DNA of 64,000 nucleotides from an uncultured Bacilli bacterium (GTDB lineage Bacteria; Bacillota_I; Bacilli_A; RF39; UBA660): NCBI GenBank assembly GCA_934162425.1, contig CAKPIS010000001.1, positions 158,034 to 222,033 of the forward strand, read 5' to 3'. Shown piece by piece: positions 30,253 to 39,190 of this stretch (position 1 is its first letter; each line of letters starts with the position of its first letter). The notes under the pieces were generated by a model. It saw only the letters and a program-made list of their open reading frames with translations, ran no database searches and was not told where the DNA came from. The position numbers and the translations under genes were made by a program.

Positions 30253-30262
30253 TAAGATGATA

Positions 30263-30544
30263 TTATTTAGCTTCATATACACTAACTTGCTTTTTATCTC
30301 TTCCTAGGCGTTCAAACTTAACATACCCAGTAATTTTAGCGAATAATGTGTGATCCTTACCCATACCAACGTTTGTTCCAGGATAAATCTTAGTTCCTCT
30401 TTGACGATAGATAATAGATCCAGCACTTATTAATTCTCCATCAGCAGCTTTAGCACCTAATCTTCTACCTTCACTATCACGTCCGTTATGAGTTGAACCT
30501 TGCGCCTTAACGTGTGCAAATAATTGGATGTTTAACTTTAACAT
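30263..30544 (-). CDS. rpmA: 50S ribosomal protein L27, with the Firmicute N-terminal propeptide that Prp cleaves.
   Basis: Start at ATG 30544 ([41 protein letters not shown]). The track ORF used an upstream GTG. Confidence 0.92.
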   Translation of the reverse strand: MLKLNIQLFAHVKAQGSTHNGRDSEGRRLGAKAADGELISAGSIIYRQRGTKIYPGTNVGMGKDHTLFAKITGYVKFERLGRDKKQVSVYEAK

Positions 30545-30558
30545 TAAAAGCACCTCCT

Positions 30559-30861
30559 CTATATAATTTTAACGTATTTTGTATAATCCAGAGATAATTC
30601 CTTAAACATATCTTCCATGTTTAGAAATATTTCATTGATAATCTTATCTTTTTTTAAAACTTCTACATCAAGTAATCCTTCTTTTTCTACTACTTTAAGT
30701 GAGTCTTTATCAAACCTTAAAGCTAAATTAATACTAGAAATAGCAATAGAACTTACTGAAGCACATACTATATCTTTTCCCATAGTATCATAATTAGCAT
30801 GTCCTTTAATAGAAAAGCTTTTAATAAAATTATCATCATAATTTATTTTTATTTTTATCAT
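30559..30861 (-). CDS. prp: Ribosomal-processing cysteine protease Prp (YsxB/DUF464).
   Basis: 100 aa. Conserved His (KGHANYD) and Cys (DIVCASVS). Positioned between rplU and rpmA. Confidence 0.8.
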   Translation of the reverse strand: MIKIKINYDDNFIKSFSIKGHANYDTMGKDIVCASVSSIAISSINLALRFDKDSLKVVEKEGLLDVEVLKKDKIINEIFLNMEDMFKELSLDYTKYVKII

Positions 30862-30871
30862 ACATCACCAA

Positions 30872-31171
30872 TTAAGCATTAATTTTAGTAATTTCAAGCT
30901 TAGTATATGGTTGACGATGTCCTTGTTTCTTATGAGAACTTTTCTTAGGTAAATATTTAAAGATTATTATCTTCTTATTTTTACCTTGTTTTAAAACTTT
31001 AGCTTCAACAGTTGCACCATTTATATATGGAGTTCCAACTTTATTATCAGCCATTACAACTTTATCAAAAGTATAAGTTTTTCCAGCTTCGCAATCTAAT
31101 TTTTCAACATAAATTACAGAGCCTTCGCTAACGCGGTATTGTTTACCACCAGTTTCTATAACTGCTTTCAT
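30872..31171 (-). CDS. rplU: 50S ribosomal protein L21.
   Basis: 99 aa. [17 protein letters not shown]... Confidence 0.92.
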   Translation of the reverse strand: MKAVIETGGKQYRVSEGSVIYVEKLDCEAGKTYTFDKVVMADNKVGTPYINGATVEAKVLKQGKNKKIIIFKYLPKKSSHKKQGHRQPYTKLEITKINA

Positions 31172-31324
31172 ATTTTCAATCCTCCTTTTTTAAAATCTTA
31201 GACTCACCATTAAGGTACATATAAATGTTTTAAACCTTTTCTGTGTGGTTGAAGAACAAGAAGTTCATTCAAACGTTAATAGTTTATCACAATAAGTATG
31301 TGTTAGTCAATATATATAATGCTT

Positions 31325-31350
31325 ATTATACAGAAAAAACGTAAGTTATA
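31325..31350 (-). terminator. Hairpin terminator downstream of the NS(K)YH-repeat gene and upstream of rplU.
   Basis: AAAACGTAATATAACTTACGTTTTTTCTG on the reverse strand. Confidence 0.5.
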
Positions 31351-32862
31351 TTACGTTTTAAAGCATTTGTTTTTTAAGTACTTGCTTGGTATTTCTTTAT
31401 GATTATCTCCATCTACATATAAAACAGCTCTATTATATATATTATCAAGAGAGTTACTATCATATTTACATTTTATATCTAAATAAACCTTATTTACATC
31501 AAATAAGTTAGCACTTGTTATTTTTAATACTATATCTTCTAACTTATCACAAGATATATTGCTAGATAATATTTTATATAAATATTTAGCTTCTTCTTCT
31601 GTTTTAGAATTAAGTATTAATCTCATATGTTCTAAGTGATTACTATTTTCTAAAGAATTCTTATTACATGCTAGAAGAGATAAATACTGTGATAAAACTG
31701 GATTATTAGAGTCATTTATAAGTTTCATATCTTCCATATGATATTTACTATTTAATGACTTTATATTTGTTGCAACATCAAGAAGATACTTACTTATTAC
31801 TGCATCTGAATTTTTAATAATTCTCATATCATTTATATGGTATTTACTATTAATTGAATTATTATCTATCATTAAAGTGCATAATGCATCATAACAATAA
31901 TAATTTTTTTTAGCACTTAATAGTTCATTTAAGTCATTTTCATGATATTTACTATTTAAAAAATCTATATTAGTTAAGCATTTAAGTATTAAAGTTATTA
32001 ATCCATTATCAAAGCTTTCATCAAGTGATGATAAAAAATTAGTATCATACTTATGCCAATTACTTTGAAGTGATATTTTATTTGTCATTAACTTTATAAG
32101 AAAGTCTAGTATATCATCTCTTTTAATAGTTAAAAAAAGATCCATATCACTCATGTGATAATTACTTAATAATGAAGTTTTATTAGTTGATAAAATAGCC
32201 ATACTTCTTATTACATTATTACTTAATTTACTACTTTTTGACATTATATACATATCATAATCATGATAAGTACTATTAATAGAGTCAGAACAATTAGCTA
32301 CTTCAAACATGTTTTTTATTAAATGATATGGTAATTTTTCATTCTTTAATAAATTCATATCATTTAAATGACTATTACTATTAAGTGACTCTTTATTACT
32401 TGAAAGTTTATATAAAAATGAACTATTTAAATCGCTATTATAAATTATTTTCATATCTTCTTCATGATAAGCACTATTAATAGAATTATTATCTGTAGCT
32501 AACATGCTTAAATAATTAGCAATTGTACGGTTTTTAGCTGTAATAATTAGTTTTAAATCTTCTTTATGATATTTACTATTTTTAAATATATCACTTTTAA
32601 TACAATTAAATATAATATCATCTAACTCTTTATTATTAATACGAAAAAGTAAATTAACATCATATAAATAATACGGACTATTTAAAAAGTCTAAATCAAC
32701 TAATAATTTTCTATAATCTTTTTTACAATGTTTTAAATTACTTAAATTTCTTATTTGTACATCATTTAAACTAGATAAGAAATAACTTGCATCATCAATA
32801 TATTCTTCTAATTCAAACTCTTTTATTTTACTTATAACTCTTTTTAATTCAAGAATATTCAT
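31351..32862 (-). CDS. Novel repeat protein with about 12 repeats of ~38 aa carrying the signature LNS(K/N)YHxxDMxLI. It is translationally coupled to the SpoIVFB-like protease gene.
   Basis: Start likely ATG 32862 (MNILELK, AAAGGAGA RBS). The track ORF starts at a TTG at 32916 that overlaps the upstream stop. Repeats include INSAYHEEDMKII, LNSNSHLNDMNLL, INSTYHDYDMYIM, LLSNYHMSDMDLF, LQSNWHKYDTNFL, LNSKYHENDLNEL, INSKYHINDMRII, LNSKYHMEDMKLI and LENSNHLEHMRLI. Confidence 0.5.
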   Translation of the reverse strand: MNILELKRVISKIKEFELEEYIDDASYFLSSLNDVQIRNLSNLKHCKKDYRKLLVDLDFLNSPYYLYDVNLLFRINNKELDDIIFNCIKSDIFKNSKYHKEDLKLIITAKNRTIANYLSMLATDNNSINSAYHEEDMKIIYNSDLNSSFLYKLSSNKESLNSNSHLNDMNLLKNEKLPYHLIKNMFEVANCSDSINSTYHDYDMYIMSKSSKLSNNVIRSMAILSTNKTSLLSNYHMSDMDLFLTIKRDDILDFLIKLMTNKISLQSNWHKYDTNFLSSLDESFDNGLITLILKCLTNIDFLNSKYHENDLNELLSAKKNYYCYDALCTLMIDNNSINSKYHINDMRIIKNSDAVISKYLLDVATNIKSLNSKYHMEDMKLINDSNNPVLSQYLSLLACNKNSLENSNHLEHMRLILNSKTEEEAKYLYKILSSNISCDKLEDIVLKITSANLFDVNKVYLDIKCKYDSNSLDNIYNRAVLYVDGDNHKEIPSKYLKNKCFKT

Positions 32863-32912
32863 ACACTCTTGTCTCCTTTTTTTATGTATTATAGATAATA
32901 AATTAGATAAAA

Positions 32913-33686
32913 TCAAGTTTTTTTAAATAGAACTTCTTTTTCACTATAAACATTATCATTTGCTACAAAAAGATTATTTTTTTGTCTTTTCATTTTATTA
33001 ATATCTAAACCATTAATATAATTCTTCTTTTTAAATATATTTAAAGTCATATATCTTTGTAGTAAGAACTTATTAAAAAGATATTTTTCTTCATAAAAAT
33101 TTATTATTATGTTTCTAATTAAAAATGAAAATATTATTATATAACTTACTTCTATTAAAACATGATAATATATAACAAAACTAAATATTATAATTAATGA
33201 TATTAAAGATATGTAATTTAATACTTGTAAAGTTTTTTTATATGGTAGAAAAATATTTAGGATAACACCTAATACTTTAGAACCATCTAAAGGAATAATT
33301 GGTATTAAATTAAATAATATTATAGACAAAGTATACTTTTTTATTAAAAACATTACTTTATAATCTACAATACTTAGTTTAAATAAAATATATGATATTA
33401 TAAAAAATATTATTTGAGATAAAAATCCTGCTATCGTAATTAATAATTCTTCTATAAATGGTTTATCTATTTCTTCATCATATGTAATATATCCTCCATA
33501 TATATTAAAAGATATTTTATCTATTTTCCATTTAAATATTTTAGACATAGTAATATGTCCTAATTCATGAATAATTAATATTAATATAAAAACAATTATT
33601 TCTTTAAATAAGCCTGATATTAAAGATAAAAATACTACTATATATAATATAGGTGATACATCTATTTTACTTAAGCACTTCTTCAT
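32913..33686 (-). CDS. spoIVFB: Site-2 (M50) intramembrane metalloprotease, SpoIVFB-like; the candidate pro-sigma-K processing enzyme.
   Basis: HELGH in a TM helix plus the NLIPIIPLDGSKV (LDG) motif. Polytopic. It sits upstream of rplU-prp-rpmA as in Bacillus. Confidence 0.65.
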   Translation of the reverse strand: MKKCLSKIDVSPILYIVVFLSLISGLFKEIIVFILILIIHELGHITMSKIFKWKIDKISFNIYGGYITYDEEIDKPFIEELLITIAGFLSQIIFFIISYILFKLSIVDYKVMFLIKKYTLSIILFNLIPIIPLDGSKVLGVILNIFLPYKKTLQVLNYISLISLIIIFSFVIYYHVLIEVSYIIIFSFLIRNIIINFYEEKYLFNKFLLQRYMTLNIFKKKNYINGLDINKMKRQKNNLFVANDNVYSEKEVLFKKT

Positions 33687-34275
33687 ATGATAAATACTTA
33701 TTATCCTTCTTAAAACTTAGGTATAATTTATCACTAGCAACACCAATTATTTCTCCCTTTTCTATGTAATCATATAATTTAACATTAATATCATTTAAAA
33801 TGCCATATGTAATATTTAATCCATTTTTATCTTGAACTGTAATCATATTTATATAATTAGAGTCCTTTTTATTTTCTATTACAATACCACTAGTTATAGA
33901 AGATACAGTATAATTATTAGATATGGAAAGCAAATAACCATTATCTTTTTTTGTAATACTTTTATAAGTTAATTTCTCACTAGAAACTAACTTTGTATTA
34001 TCTTTAAATATATTCTTAAATGGTATTACATCACCTAAATATTTTTTATAAACATTATATATTTTTGCAAAAGATAAAGAGTTATTGTATACTACGTTTT
34101 TAAAATTATTCTTATTTTTATCACTTTGTTTTATATATATCAAAGATGCTAAAAAAAGTACTACAACTATTAATGTTTTAACTAAAATACTATATATAAA
34201 TTTACTCGTAAAACTTTTTTTCTCTGTTTCTTTTTTATTCATATTAAACGAATTAGAATCAATCAATATTATCAC
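33667..34275 (-). CDS. spoIVFA: SpoIVFA-like membrane protein with a degenerate (non-catalytic) M23/LytM-like C-terminal domain.
   Basis: N-terminal TM. C-terminal GIVIENKKDSNYINMITVQDKNGLNITYGILNDINVKLYDYIEKGEIIGV has the M23 fold pattern but lacks the catalytic His residues. It overlaps the SpoIVFB-like gene by 20 nt. Confidence 0.45.
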   Translation of the reverse strand: MIILIDSNSFNMNKKETEKKSFTSKFIYSILVKTLIVVVLFLASLIYIKQSDKNKNNFKNVVYNNSLSFAKIYNVYKKYLGDVIPFKNIFKDNTKLVSSEKLTYKSITKKDNGYLLSISNNYTVSSITSGIVIENKKDSNYINMITVQDKNGLNITYGILNDINVKLYDYIEKGEIIGVASDKLYLSFKKDNKYLSYEEVLK

Positions 34276-34286
34276 CTAATTTATTA

Positions 34287-34766
34287 TTATGAATGTTTTT
34301 TTATTATATTCCTTTTAAAATAACATATAAAATAAATTATTAAATAAAGCACTATAAAAAATATATAATTAAGTATTAAATTATCTTTAATTAATAAAAG
34401 TATATCTATGATATTTAAATTATTATAAAATGAAAATAAAAACGTTATTATTGTGTAAATTAAAATAGATAAATTATATACTAAAAACATTCTAATAAAG
34501 TTATATTTATTATCTATTAAAGACTTTAAAAAATACATAATAAATACATAAATAAAACCATCTATAAATATAGAAGTTTTATATAATAAGTCAAATAACA
34601 TACCCATTATAAATATAGTAATATAATAATTCTTTTTATTTTTATTAATTCCATATAAAAGAATCATACTTGCTAAAGTAAAAAATAAAATAGTATTTTT
34701 AAATAAACAAGGAACTATAGCTTCAAGTAAAAAAGATATAATTAATATTATAATAGTAACTATCAT
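34287..34766 (-). CDS. mreD: Rod shape-determining protein MreD (small polytopic membrane protein).
   Basis: 159 aa, about 5 TM helices. Immediately downstream of mreC with a 4-nt overlap. Confidence 0.5.
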   Translation of the reverse strand: MIVTIIILIISFLLEAIVPCLFKNTILFFTLASMILLYGINKNKKNYYITIFIMGMLFDLLYKTSIFIDGFIYVFIMYFLKSLIDNKYNFIRMFLVYNLSILIYTIITFLFSFYNNLNIIDILLLIKDNLILNYIFFIVLYLIIYFICYFKRNIIKKHS

Positions 34767-35542
34767 TTTTCACCTACTTTAATAACATACATAATATCAT
34801 TAAAATTAACTTTAGATTTTACCCATACTGTTTTAGTAAGACCATAATCACTATTTTCCTGTTTTTTAACATATCCAATATAAATACCCTTATAATTATT
34901 CTGATATCCGCTTAATACAACACTATCTCCTTCTTTTATTTCATTTCTATCTATTATATCAGTAATTTTAAATAACTTTTTCTTACTATCATATTCTTTT
35001 AGTACTCCAGATATTTCTTTTTCATCAGACATTATTAAAACGGAGACTAATTTTTTTTCATTTATATTAGTTAGAAGATTAACTTCACTAATATTTTTAG
35101 AAGTCTTATCTATAAAACCAATTAATCCATCTTTATTTATAACAGGCATACCAATTTTACTACTTTTATCAGTATTAGTTATTTCAAGTTTATTATAGAA
35201 ATTATAATTACTTCTTCCTATTACATACTCAGTTAAGTAATTAGTATTAGTACTTTTTAAATTAATTATTTCTTTTAACTCATTATTTTCTTTTTCTAAC
35301 TGTTTTATCTTACTTAAATAATTATTATTACCGATGCATTCATCTTTGTTATACATTTTATTTAATATATTTCTATTTAAATTAGAAGATATATTTTTAA
35401 ATGCTTTTTCAATAAAAAAATATTTTCTATCAATTGTTATTAGTGTACTTTCTATAAAAAATACAAATATAAAAATAGTTATAATAATAATTATCTTTTT
35501 TAAACCTAATTTATTATTTTTTCCATTTAATGTTTTTTTCAT
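34763..35542 (-). CDS. mreC: Rod shape-determining protein MreC.
   Basis: N-terminal TM, coiled coil (KQLEKENNELKEI) and a beta-rich C-terminal domain (GMPVINKDGLIGFIDKTSKNISEVNLL). Confidence 0.7.
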   Translation of the reverse strand: MKKTLNGKNNKLGLKKIIIIITIFIFVFFIESTLITIDRKYFFIEKAFKNISSNLNRNILNKMYNKDECIGNNNYLSKIKQLEKENNELKEIINLKSTNTNYLTEYVIGRSNYNFYNKLEITNTDKSSKIGMPVINKDGLIGFIDKTSKNISEVNLLTNINEKKLVSVLIMSDEKEISGVLKEYDSKKKLFKITDIIDRNEIKEGDSVVLSGYQNNYKGIYIGYVKKQENSDYGLTKTVWVKSKVNFNDIMYVIKVGEK

Positions 35543-36279
35543 ATTCTTTTTTCTCCCATCATATCATTTTCATAAAAACTATAATAATTATTACTACTAA
35601 CTATAATATGATCAATTACTGGTATTCCTTGTAATAGTCCTATTTTTACTAAATTATTAGTTACTATAATATCATCTTTAGATGGAATTACATTTCCAGA
35701 TGGATGATTATGTACACATATAATAGATGCTGCAGAAGCCAGGTAAGCTTCTTTAAATATCTCTCTTGGATGTACAAAGCTTCTATTTAAAGTTCCTTTA
35801 AACAGAAGTTTCTTATCAATTAATTTTTTATGCTGATCCAAATATAAGCAGTAAAAACATTCCTGAGTACTTGATGCTATTTCTGATCTAAAGTAATTAA
35901 ATATTTTATTAGCACTATTACATTTCAAATTATTATCTAATTTTTTACTATCATATACCCTTCTACCAAGTTCTAATGCTGCCAAAAACTCTATTGCTTT
36001 TACCGCCCCAATTCCATTAATTTTAATTAAACTAGATAAATTAAGTTTCTTTAAATCAGATACATCTTTTACTTTTTTTAATATCTCACCTGCTAAAAAC
36101 TTAGAAGAATAATCTTTTGTACCAGTTTTTAATATTATAGCGATTAAATCTTCAGTAGATAAATTAGAAGCTCCATATTTTACTAATCTTTCTCTAGGTC
36201 TTTCATCTGTAGGTATTTCTTTTATTAATATATTATTCATTATAGACAACCCACTTTTCATAACATGATAAGATTTCAC
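35539..36279 (-). CDS. radC: RadC-family JAMM-type protein.
   Basis: IPTDERPRERL N-terminus, HhH region and JAMM motif HNHPSGNVIPSKDD. Confidence 0.85.
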   Translation of the reverse strand: MKSYHVMKSGLSIMNNILIKEIPTDERPRERLVKYGASNLSTEDLIAIILKTGTKDYSSKFLAGEILKKVKDVSDLKKLNLSSLIKINGIGAVKAIEFLAALELGRRVYDSKKLDNNLKCNSANKIFNYFRSEIASSTQECFYCLYLDQHKKLIDKKLLFKGTLNRSFVHPREIFKEAYLASAASIICVHNHPSGNVIPSKDDIIVTNNLVKIGLLQGIPVIDHIIVSSNNYYSFYENDMMGEKRI

Positions 36280-36691
36280 TTTCTATTACTTTTAAAGAAT
36301 CAGTATCATTAGTTGATTTAAGAAGTTTTTCATACTCATCTAAATTCTGTATAAACCCATCATTTTTAATATTTACTTTTTCTACTTTCAAATTATCTGA
36401 ATAAATATTTTTTAACTTATTAATACTATCCATTGTTTTAGCTACTGCAACATATACATAAAATTTATTATCTTTTTCTATATAGATATACTTTTCAAGA
36501 TTAGATGTATTATTAATCATATCTTCTTTATTTTTATAGGTATCATATTTAAGCATATAAACGTTTTCATCTAGTTTAATAACAGGTTTAATATTTAATT
36601 TATCATATCTATCAAAGGTTATTTTTCCAAGTATACCACCCGATATAATTGCTAAAATAGAACATAATACAATTTTCTTCATAAACATCAC
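36233..36691 (-). CDS. Secreted or membrane-anchored hypothetical protein.
   Basis: 152 aa. N-terminal signal/TM (KKIVLCSILAIISGGILG). Confidence 0.3.
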   Translation of the reverse strand: MMFMKKIVLCSILAIISGGILGKITFDRYDKLNIKPVIKLDENVYMLKYDTYKNKEDMINNTSNLEKYIYIEKDNKFYVYVAVAKTMDSINKLKNIYSDNLKVEKVNIKNDGFIQNLDEYEKLLKSTNDTDSLKVIESEILSCYEKWVVYNE

Positions 36692-36761
36692 CTAAAAATA
36701 ATATTAAAACAATTAAAGCAAAATTTATGTCGAAAAAAAGAAAGACAAATTAACAAATTAA

Positions 36762-37643
36762 TTAATCTTTCTTTACGTTTGTTTTTGCAATTGTATTTTT
36801 ATCTTCATCTACATACATCTTCTTATATTCATTATATTGTTCCATAATCATAAGAGAAGTTTTATCATACGCATTTATAAAATTATTTATATGACATTCA
36901 AAAAATGGTTGCATTAAAGAACGACTTATAAACCTCATATTACCATCTGGGTTAAACTTTTCATATGATTCTTCTTCTGCAAATTCTTTAGCTAAATCGA
37001 TATAAGAATCATATAAATCCTTTTGATGAACTATTTCGACATCTATAGGTAATCTAGAGTTAAATATTTTATCTTTATTAGATTCAAACCATAATCCCAT
37101 TATACTTCCATCATTAAAAGTAGTATTTGATTTAGGATTAAATTTATTAATATCATGACACTTAGAAAATAATATTCTTTTCTTCTTATTTTCTATTTCT
37201 TTTTTGTTATCATCTAACAATTTCTTTTTTTCTAATTGTTTTCTTATTAAAACATATACATTTGCTTTAGAAGATAAAATAAGATTTTTATTATTCATAT
37301 ACCAAGTATACATTCTAAGTCCATTTTTTAAAGTTAAAGTAGAATCTGAATTAAATTTATCTAAATTATCACATTCTAAAAATTCATTTGCAACTCTATC
37401 TTTCATTAATTGATATTTATATGATCCATTTCCTCTTTTTAAATTTAGTTCATCCATATATTGTCTTCTTTGCATTTTTATTGTTATACTTATGTCGTCA
37501 TCAGAATTTTCTATTAAATGTTTATTTTTAGCATACCATCTTCCTACTGATAAATTATCAGAAAATACTACTAAGGAATTAACCGTAAATTTTGCAAATG
37601 TTTTTATTTTAGAAAACTCTAATAATCTTTCTTCATATGTCAT
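36762..37643 (-). CDS. Hypothetical protein with about four helicase-associated (HA)-like repeats.
   Basis: Repeats include FSDNLSVGRWYAKNKHLIENS, FNSDSTLTLKNGLRMYTWYMNNKNLILSS, FNPKSNTTFNDGSIMGLWFESNKDKIFNS and FNPDGNMRFISRSL. Confidence 0.3.
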   Translation of the reverse strand: MTYEERLLEFSKIKTFAKFTVNSLVVFSDNLSVGRWYAKNKHLIENSDDDISITIKMQRRQYMDELNLKRGNGSYKYQLMKDRVANEFLECDNLDKFNSDSTLTLKNGLRMYTWYMNNKNLILSSKANVYVLIRKQLEKKKLLDDNKKEIENKKKRILFSKCHDINKFNPKSNTTFNDGSIMGLWFESNKDKIFNSRLPIDVEIVHQKDLYDSYIDLAKEFAEEESYEKFNPDGNMRFISRSLMQPFFECHINNFINAYDKTSLMIMEQYNEYKKMYVDEDKNTIAKTNVKKD

Positions 37644-37656
37644 AAAAATCTCACCT

Positions 37657-38703
37657 TTATATTAAATTATTCCTTTCAAAAACTTTCACATGGCTCTTAG
37701 TATACACATTTACATGACATGAGTCAACTATTTTACAAAAACACAGTCCATTAATAACTATATCTTTATTTTTATCTAATTTAAATTTAGTTAACTTTAA
37801 ATCTCTTAAATAATCATTAGTGTCAATATTTATTCTCTTAACTTTTATATTATTTGATAAATATAACGTAATACTATTGGGTTTATTAGATAGATAATCT
37901 ATTCTAGCATACTTTCCAATTATTAAAGACTGATTAGGTTTAATCTGATAAGTTCTAGGTTTTATTTCTACTTTGCAAGATACCTCTTTTATTTCTCTAC
38001 TAGATAAATTACTTAAAAACTCATCTTTTAATACAAGTCCTGGAGTATCTATAAATGTAATTTTATCATTTAACTTAACATTTATTGTATTTAATGTTGT
38101 AGCTGGTAAATTACTAGTTGTTATATAAGAATCCTCTTCTGAATAAGATTTTATAATTGCATTAATTAAGCTACTTTTACCAGCATTTGTATTGCCAACT
38201 AAACATACATTATTAGAAGTTTTATATTTATAAATAAGGTTCATAAGTCTATCTAAATTATAGTTCTTATTACTACTTACACATAAAATATCACATACAT
38301 TTAACTTATAATTACTTAATATGTAATTTATTATTTTTTGTTCTTTAACAGATTTAGGAAGTAAATCTAATTTTGTAATTATTAAAATAACTCTTCCTTT
38401 AAAATCATTTAATTTATTTAAAGTATCATCTAGTTTTAATATATCACATAAAAAAAGTACTAGGTCTTTTTTTTCTTTTATTTCATCAAATATTTTTTTA
38501 TAATCTAAGTTATCTTTATTTACTATATTATATTCACCATAATTTTTAATTCTAAAGCATCTCTTACAAATAACTGCTTTATCATAGTTTTCACTTTCTA
38601 TATAGCCTTCACCATTTTTATTACTAGACTGAAAAAAGGCACCACAACCACTACACTTTTTAATCATAATATCTTCCTTTTTTAAATAGTTTTTGTTTTT
38701 CAA
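37657..38703 (-). CDS. yqeH: Ribosome biogenesis GTPase YqeH.
   Basis: N-terminal Zn-ribbon (CSGCGAFFQ...CKRCFRIKNYGE). Circularly permuted GTPase (ITKLDLL ... GNTNAGKSSLIN ... DTPG). The true start may be ATG 38667. Confidence 0.8.
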   Translation of the reverse strand: MKNKNYLKKEDIMIKKCSGCGAFFQSSNKNGEGYIESENYDKAVICKRCFRIKNYGEYNIVNKDNLDYKKIFDEIKEKKDLVLFLCDILKLDDTLNKLNDFKGRVILIITKLDLLPKSVKEQKIINYILSNYKLNVCDILCVSSNKNYNLDRLMNLIYKYKTSNNVCLVGNTNAGKSSLINAIIKSYSEEDSYITTSNLPATTLNTINVKLNDKITFIDTPGLVLKDEFLSNLSSREIKEVSCKVEIKPRTYQIKPNQSLIIGKYARIDYLSNKPNSITLYLSNNIKVKRINIDTNDYLRDLKLTKFKLDKNKDIVINGLCFCKIVDSCHVNVYTKSHVKVFERNNLI

Positions 38704-39190
38704 ACTTTTTAAATATCATTTTCTCAATTTTTCTATTAATAAAAGTTTCTTTTTCATCAATCTCACTAATAGGATCAACTAATATTGTTATAACTCCAGC
38801 TTTATTACCACCATATATATCTGTTACGATTTGATCTCCTATCGCTGCAACTAATGATGGTTTATAATTATTTACTCTTAATATTTTTTTATACTTATGA
38901 GATAGAGGTTTTAGTGAAAGATATTCGAACTCAACATCATAAAATGACGAAAACTCTCTTACTCTCTTTTCAAAATTATTTGAAAAAAGTATTATTTTAA
39001 AATCTTTTTTTAAAGTATCAAACAATTTTTTAGTTTTATTACAAAGAATCTTTTCCTTTGCTGGAGATATAGTATTATCTAAATCAAATAATAAGCATTT
39101 AATACCATTTTCCTTTAATTTTTTATAATCAATAGAAAATATATCTTTTTTGTACATATCAGGCAAAAATTTATTTAGCATTTTTATCAT
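38660..39190 (-). CDS. yqeG: YqeG-family HAD phosphatase.
   Basis: HAD motif I LLFDLDNTI. Conserved yqeG-yqeH pairing. Confidence 0.7.
   Translation of the reverse strand: MIKMLNKFLPDMYKKDIFSIDYKKLKENGIKCLLFDLDNTISPAKEKILCNKTKKLFDTLKKDFKIILFSNNFEKRVREFSSFYDVEFEYLSLKPLSHKYKKILRVNNYKPSLVAAIGDQIVTDIYGGNKAGVITILVDPISEIDEKETFINRKIEKMIFKKFEKQKLFKKGRYYD

Noticed and set aside
24180-30260. The regularly spaced conserved hairpin (AAAAGTATGAAATTTAATTCATACTCTTTTT) recurring four times was considered as a possible CRISPR-like or REP-type repeat array.
   Set aside because: Copies are about 1.5-1.7 kb apart, and each coincides with the 3' end of a paralogous gene followed by a T-tract. They are intrinsic terminators duplicated along with the genes, not a CRISPR array.
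31172-31324. Possible ribosomal-protein leader upstream of rplU (and similarly upstream of rplS at 10547-10650 and rpsD at 63040-63272).
   Set aside because: These are plausible by analogy with Bacillus autoregulatory leaders, but I could not verify a conserved structure by eye. They are left unannotated.
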